A stretch of 63,333 nucleotides of DNA, filler included, from Chthonomonadaceae bacterium (lineage in GTDB: Bacteria; Armatimonadota; Chthonomonadetes; Chthonomonadales; Chthonomonadaceae): the NCBI GenBank assembly GCA_035650735.1. It is 5 parts of 5 records of this genome, joined end to end, with 100 filler letters (N's around TTAATTAATTAA, not from the genome) between each part and the next. Parts side by side here need not be neighbours in the genome. Positions count along the whole stretch, not along the records: positions 43,593 to 63,333 come from DASRGZ010000057.1; 4 more parts are not named here. One strand, written 5' to 3'. The notes under the pieces were generated by a model that was not told the DNA's origin, searched no databases, and saw only the letters and a program-made list of their open reading frames with translations. Shown here piece by piece: positions 58,843-63,333 of the stretch (position 1 is the first letter of the stretch; every line of letters begins with the position of its first letter). A program made the translations under genes and the position numbers.

Positions 58843-59529
58843 TCACAAATGGGAATGCGGTCTTGAGCCTGCCGCGCCGCTGCCAATATCCAGCAGCGTG
58901 CCGATGTCCAGCAGCGTCAGGACGGTGCGCGCGCCCTCCAGTAGGGCCTTCGCGGAGGTCTGCGCCGCAGCGGGCACGGCGGGAATATCCTTGCCCAATT
59001 GCCAGGAGGAGCGGGCGGTTTTGCCATCGAACGCGCCCAACCAGGCAGGGGATTGCAGGCATTTTGCCACGTCCTCAGGCTCCCGCAGCCGTTGCAGCCT
59101 CGCGCCGACAACCTGGCCCTCCGTCCCGACGGCCAGCACCAGCTCGATGACGCCCGATTCGCCCTTGACCCGCCGGGTAATCACCGCGCCGATAGGCAGC
59201 TGTCCCTGCAGAATGCGGTGCACCGGCAGCGCGTGGTCTTCGCCGGTCGGCGGATGGCCCAGGCGGCGCGCGATCTCCAGACGCTGCCCGCTTAAGATCA
59301 GTGTCTCGTCGCGGAAGCCGGTCGCCTGCGGGAAGAACCGTCTCAGATCGGCTTCCGGAGCACGCCACGGGCAGAGTCCTGCCGTCTCTGTCTGCTGCGC
59401 GGCGACGTTTTGCGGCGTCAGCTCCAGGAAAGGCGTGTCCGGCTCGCGGGCAAATTGCGGCAGGAGAAATCGGGCCGCTAGCGCGGCCACGACGCCCGCG
59501 CCCAGTATCCAGGGAAGCGGCTTTGCCAT
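58843..59529 (-). CDS. Membrane-anchored FMN-binding-domain-like protein
   Basis: GGAGG upstream of ATG 59529; N-terminal TM helix; VKGESGVIELVLAVGTEGQVVGARLQRLREP…WLGAFDGKT resembles FMN_bind/RnfG-like domains. Confidence 0.65.
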   Translation of the reverse strand: MAKPLPWILGAGVVAALAARFLLPQFAREPDTPFLELTPQNVAAQQTETAGLCPWRAPEADLRRFFPQATGFRDETLILSGQRLEIARRLGHPPTGEDHALPVHRILQGQLPIGAVITRRVKGESGVIELVLAVGTEGQVVGARLQRLREPEDVAKCLQSPAWLGAFDGKTARSSWQLGKDIPAVPAAAQTSAKALLEGARTVLTLLDIGTLLDIGSGAAGSRPHSHL

Positions 59530-59576
59530 CTCAGCCCTCCATGCGCGGGGCGCACCCTCTCGCACGAAAATGCCTC

Positions 59577-59616
59577 TTCCCTCTCCTTGCGAAGGAGAGG
59601 GGCCGGGGGTGAGGTC
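59577..59616. repeat. CCCTCTCC-hairpin repeat with GGGGTGAGGT end
   Basis: TCCCTCTCCTTGCGAAGGAGAGGGGCCGGGGGTGAGGTC, same family as 10286 and 28245. Confidence 0.8.
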
Positions 59617-59626
59617 TCTTTTCACC

Positions 59627-59995
59627 TCAGTAGCGTATCCCCGTCGCGGCCAGGCCCGGCTGCGCGCCCGGAACCACCGTGCCCGTGACCGTAAGGTTCG
59701 TATGCAGCGGCACGTCGCTGACCACGAAGCCGGCAGCCTTGGTATCCACGCGCACCGTGCCGGTCCTGTCGCGCAGGATGAACCAGCAGCCCGCCACGGG
59801 GCACTTCTCGATCATCTCGCCGCGCAGGGTCACTTTCCGGGCAGCATGGGCTTTTGTTAGATCCCGCGCGGTCGCCGTTGCCTCGGCGGCTGGCGTGATG
59901 CCTAGCACATTCCCTGCCGCTCTGCCACAGCCGGCAAGCGCCATACCGATTGCCAACGCACAGGCGCCCGCCGTGAGAGAGCGTTGTAGAGCCAT
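59627..59995 (-). CDS. OB-fold lipoprotein (DUF4920-like)
   Basis: Lipobox LAGC; VTLRGEMIEKCPVAGCWFILRD…VRVD…GFVV. Confidence 0.7.
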   Translation of the reverse strand: MALQRSLTAGACALAIGMALAGCGRAAGNVLGITPAAEATATARDLTKAHAARKVTLRGEMIEKCPVAGCWFILRDRTGTVRVDTKAAGFVVSDVPLHTNLTVTGTVVPGAQPGLAATGIRY

Positions 59996-60255
59996 GGTTG
60001 CTTTCAAATCCGTTTTTCTCATTTGTGAAGAGGTCACGAAAAAGGCTACCGTATCCGCCGTAGTGCTTGTTTCGTTGGCGATCTGGGCTTGATTATACGG
60101 GAAATTGCTTAAAAGTAGCTAAATTTGAGATTAAATCTTTTTAAGCTGGGCCAGGTAGGACAGCCAGGCAGGCTCTGCGCTCCTGGATGTGGGCAGAAGT
60201 CTGGCGCGCTTGCCTACCTCTTTGATAGGGAAACCAATGAAAAGTCGCACCCTGC

Positions 60256-60442
60256 CCTTGCCGGGCACGGAAAGTACCCGGCTCTAGGGCCTACGGCCAA
60301 GCGACTGCAAGGGACGGCGCTACGCTTGCTCGCGCCTTTGCCTTGCGACTGGCGGACGCGCCTGTCCCGCAGGGTTTTCCGTCCGAAGGACGGTTGGCGG
60401 CAACGCCGCCCCTGAGCCGGGTACTTTCCGTGCCCGGCAAGG
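60256..60442. repeat. REPIN-like element: perfect 29-bp inverted repeat of family B
   Basis: 60256-60284 and its reverse complement at 60414-60442. Confidence 0.9.
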
Positions 60443-60518
60443 ATCGGAGGTTTTCAGCCCCCGGCGCTCTAGAGCTTTGTATGAGGTTTAACTGATTCAT
60501 CTATGAGGGGTATGGGAG

Positions 60519-61109
60519 TCAATTGCGATCTGCGTTCGTGGGTGGACGGCCATCTGCGATGACTTCCGCCGGGACGGGCGGCGGCGCGGGCGCGTCCATT
60601 TCGAGGGAAGGCAGTTGGGAGAGGTCGGAGAGGCCGAAATAGTGGAGGAAATCGGGCGTCGTTACGTAGAGCGTGGGACGGCCAACGGCGGCTTTGCGCC
60701 CGGCTTCGGCAATCAGACGGCGCTCCAGCAGCGTCTTGAGCACCCCGCCGACGGAGACGCCGCGCACGGCCTCTATCTCGGGTGCAGTGATCGGCTGCCG
60801 ATAGGCGATGATCGCCAGCGTCTCCATCGCGGCCCGCGACAGCTTGCTGCTGCCGCGCGTCAGCAGCCGCCCGACGGCCTCGGCGTGTTCCGGGCGCGTC
60901 GCCAACTGCCAGCCGCCCGCAATGCGCAAAAGCTGCAGGCCGCTGCCCCGCTCGGTCAGGCCGATCTGGAGGCTGCGCAGCGCCGCCTCCGTCGCGATCT
61001 CGTCCAGGGCGAGCGCGCGGGCCAGAGCAGCTAGCGGCACAGGCTCACCCGCGACAAAGAGCAGGCATTCCAGGGCCGCCTCGATCCCCTTACCTGCGGG
61101 GCCGCTCAT
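60519..61109 (-). CDS. scpB: SMC-Scp complex subunit ScpB
   Basis: LECLLFVAGEP, AGGWQLATRP, LSRAAMETLAIIAYRQPIT..EIEAVRGV, GRPTLYVTT..FL..FGL. Confidence 0.96.
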   Translation of the reverse strand: MSGPAGKGIEAALECLLFVAGEPVPLAALARALALDEIATEAALRSLQIGLTERGSGLQLLRIAGGWQLATRPEHAEAVGRLLTRGSSKLSRAAMETLAIIAYRQPITAPEIEAVRGVSVGGVLKTLLERRLIAEAGRKAAVGRPTLYVTTPDFLHYFGLSDLSQLPSLEMDAPAPPPVPAEVIADGRPPTNADRN

Positions 61110-61987
61110 GCCGATCCGTCCTCCGTCTCCGCAGGCTCGTCTGCGACCGGCACGAGCCGGATCGTCTCAAAGGGGTGCCGCTGCTCGGCGCGCACCCGCC
61201 CCAGCCGCACCAGTTCCAGCAGCGCCAGGAAGGCCAACACGATGCCGTAGCGCGGGCAGGGCAGCTCGAACAGCGCCTCAAACGCCAGCCCGTTCGGGTG
61301 CGCGGCGGCGATTTTGCGCGCGATTTCGACCATCTTCATCCGCAGGCTCAGGCGGCGGCGCGGCGTCACCGCCGTCACCGGCCGGTCCTCCACGCCCGCC
61401 TCCGCCAGCAGCCGATGCAGCGCCTGGTAAAGCTGCTCGGCGGTCGCCTCCCCCTCCGGCACCGGCAGGATATAGTCGTCTACATTCTCCAGCGCGCCCC
61501 GGAAGTAGATCTGGCGGCGTAGCTCCTCCCAGCCGCGCAGCGTCTCGACCGCGCCCTGATACTGCTGATACTCCAGCAGACGCGCTACCAGGGCCGCGCG
61601 TGGGTCCTCCCCCTCCTCCTCGCCCTCCGGCGCCGGCGGCGGCGGCAACAGCATCCGAGACTTGATCTCGATCAACGTTGCCGCCATGACCACATACTCT
61701 CCCGCGACCGCCAGATCCAGCGCCTCCAGCAACTCCATGTATTCCAGGTATTGCTGCGTGATCTCGGCGATGGGGATGTCGTAGATGTCTACCTCATTGG
61801 CGCGAATCAGGTGGAGAAGTAGGTCGAGCGGGCCTTCAAACGCGGGCGTTTTGAACAGGGGTTTCGGTGCTGTGCCGGCAGCAGCGAGAGGGGAGGCGGG
61901 CCGCGAATGAACGCCCGCTTTTACGGTCGGGTTTGTCGTCGGCGCCTGCACGGCTAGAACGGAGGAGTCAGAGGTCACACTGCTCAT
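61106..61987 (-). CDS. scpA: Segregation and condensation protein ScpA
   Basis: FEGPLDLLLHLI…IYDIPIAEIT.QY…MAATLIEIKSRMLLP…FLALLELVR; overlaps scpB start. Confidence 0.96.
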   Translation of the reverse strand: MSSVTSDSSVLAVQAPTTNPTVKAGVHSRPASPLAAAGTAPKPLFKTPAFEGPLDLLLHLIRANEVDIYDIPIAEITQQYLEYMELLEALDLAVAGEYVVMAATLIEIKSRMLLPPPPAPEGEEEGEDPRAALVARLLEYQQYQGAVETLRGWEELRRQIYFRGALENVDDYILPVPEGEATAEQLYQALHRLLAEAGVEDRPVTAVTPRRRLSLRMKMVEIARKIAAAHPNGLAFEALFELPCPRYGIVLAFLALLELVRLGRVRAEQRHPFETIRLVPVADEPAETEDGSA

Positions 61988-62155
61988 TTCAGGCTAATAA
62001 TACACGCTGGCGGCCTGCCTGTCAACTCCCCGCTGGCAAATCTCGCAGGCAGGGGTGAGGACAGGCGCGTTGCAGGTTTGCTTTAGTTCGGCATCCAACT
62101 TGCCAACAATGAACCTGAAGGCCGATTTTATCCGCGCCCAACGCCGGAAAATAGC

Positions 62156-62185
62156 TTGACAGCCCAACGTCCCAGGCGTTACAAT
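62156..62185 (+). promoter_or_regulatory. Sigma-70 promoter
   Basis: TTGACA-18 nt-TACAAT. Confidence 0.65.
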
Positions 62186-62260
62186 GCCATCATATACGAC
62201 AGACCAATAACGAGTCTGCGCTTACCGACCCTGAAGCTGCGTTTCCCTAAGGAGCCTACC

Positions 62261-63145
62261 ATGCGCTCATTCCGTCCCCCACGCCACTTCCGCCCATTCC
62301 GGCGCCTGCCAGCGCTGCTGCTCTGCGCGGCGCTGCCGATGGCAATCCTTATTACCGGCTGCTACAAAGACCGGCCCGGAGCGTATCCGGTGGTCGCCAG
62401 CGCCAACGGCGACATACGCTCTATGGGCAGTACCGAGGCGCTGCCTCCCCTGACCGCTAAAACACCCAGAGTAGCGAAAGACAAAGTCCCTGCCGCCAGC
62501 GTGCCCGGCGAAGCCGATTTTGGCGTCCCCTTCTATCCGGGCGCGAAGCCGCATACCGGCCTGGATGGGGTGCCGAGGGCCTCTCGTGAGAGCGATGGAA
62601 CTCTGCTTCTGCTGCTGGAGACGCCCGATCCGGTAGAAAAGGTCGTCGCGTTCTACCGGAGCCGGCTGCCCAAAGCCAGCTTCTCGGAAGCTATTCAGGA
62701 GGGCAAGCGCGTGCAGACCGTCACCAAGGAGCTATCCGATCACGGCCTGCAGAGCATCGAAATCAGCGCCAGCGGCGATAAGACCCAGATTCTGCTGATG
62801 CGCATTCCGGCCCTCAATTCCAGCGGAGAGACGCCCATGCCCCCTGACGCGGCGCAGCTTCTCAAGCAGATCAAGACGGCTGAAGGGCTCGCTTCGCCCT
62901 CCTCTACCGAGCCGCCGCCAGCAGCCTCTGACTCCCCGCCTACGGTCGGTGCACCGGCGATAGGCAAGCCGCTGCCGGGAACGCACCCCGGCGAGGTACT
63001 GCCCGATCCGACTCGGCCCCACCGCCCCGCGCCGGTTCCGGTGGCTCCCATAACGCCGCCTCGCGATACGACGACGCCCGGCATTACGCCGGAGAGCTCC
63101 CTGAGCAACAGCGAACCCACTCCGCCGCCGATCAGCCGGCCCTGA
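62261..63145 (+). CDS. Hypothetical lipoprotein with Pro-rich C-terminus
   Basis: AAGGAG RBS, ITGC lipobox, GVPFYPGA…TPDPVEKVVAFYRSRL. Confidence 0.75.
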   Translation: MRSFRPPRHFRPFRRLPALLLCAALPMAILITGCYKDRPGAYPVVASANGDIRSMGSTEALPPLTAKTPRVAKDKVPAASVPGEADFGVPFYPGAKPHTGLDGVPRASRESDGTLLLLLETPDPVEKVVAFYRSRLPKASFSEAIQEGKRVQTVTKELSDHGLQSIEISASGDKTQILLMRIPALNSSGETPMPPDAAQLLKQIKTAEGLASPSSTEPPPAASDSPPTVGAPAIGKPLPGTHPGEVLPDPTRPHRPAPVPVAPITPPRDTTTPGITPESSLSNSEPTPPPISRP

Positions 63146-63174
63146 GACGCCTGGGGCGGAATCGCCTCCTTTTG

Positions 63175-63333
63175 ACCTAACCCCCCCGGCCCGGCAGGCT
63201 AAACCCTGCCGCTGTGGGGCTCTGCTAGGGTCGGAACTGCGCACGCTCGACTGCCAGGGACGCCGCTCAACGGTTCGCGGCTCTGCCTGGCGATCTCCGC
63301 CTAGCCAGGCCCGCTGCCCACCTACGTGGGCAG
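63175..63333. repeat. Composite repeat: ACCTAACCCC end, family A REP and CTGCCAGG modules
   Basis: Matches 12478-12605 closely. Confidence 0.88.

Noticed and set aside
59530..59625. MKRDLTPGPSPSQGEG start of the 58843 ORF
   Set aside because: Derived from an intergenic repeat; ATG 59529 has an RBS.

Overview
GC-rich bacterial DNA made of five contigs (about 1-6738, 6839-12613, 12714-39216, 39317-43492, 43593-63333) joined by artificial 100-nt N spacers with a TTAATTAATTAA all-frame stop, so adjacency across the spacers has no biological meaning. Two prepilin-type/DUF1559 genes ([24 protein letters not shown]…F-x-DGH-x-K), ASPIC/UnbV, TPR and STAND proteins suggest Armatimonadota; this is inference. 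Recognisable genes are mnmG, scpA, scpB, a sigma-70 factor, a family-4 uracil-DNA glycosylase, a Tat-signal Fe/Mn SOD, a ManD/RspA-like dehydratase, a partial OYE flavoprotein and a flagellin 5' end. The last two are absent from the ORF track. Most notable: (1) a six-gene minus-strand operon with an OB-fold lipoprotein, an FMN-bind-like protein lacking its flavinylation motif, two MacB-type permeases sharing VPxGCPYDAA, an ATPase and a prepilin; (2) an ArsR-regulated P1B metal ATPase fused to a C-terminal FHA domain; (3) dense modular REP/MITE-like palindromes, two of them inserted in frame in coding genes; (4) isolated repeat-spacer-repeat duplications of CRISPR-like size with no cas genes; (5) a TnpB remnant with a near-consensus promoter just upstream of a secreted-protein gene; (6) a decayed contig carrying a broken ISL3.
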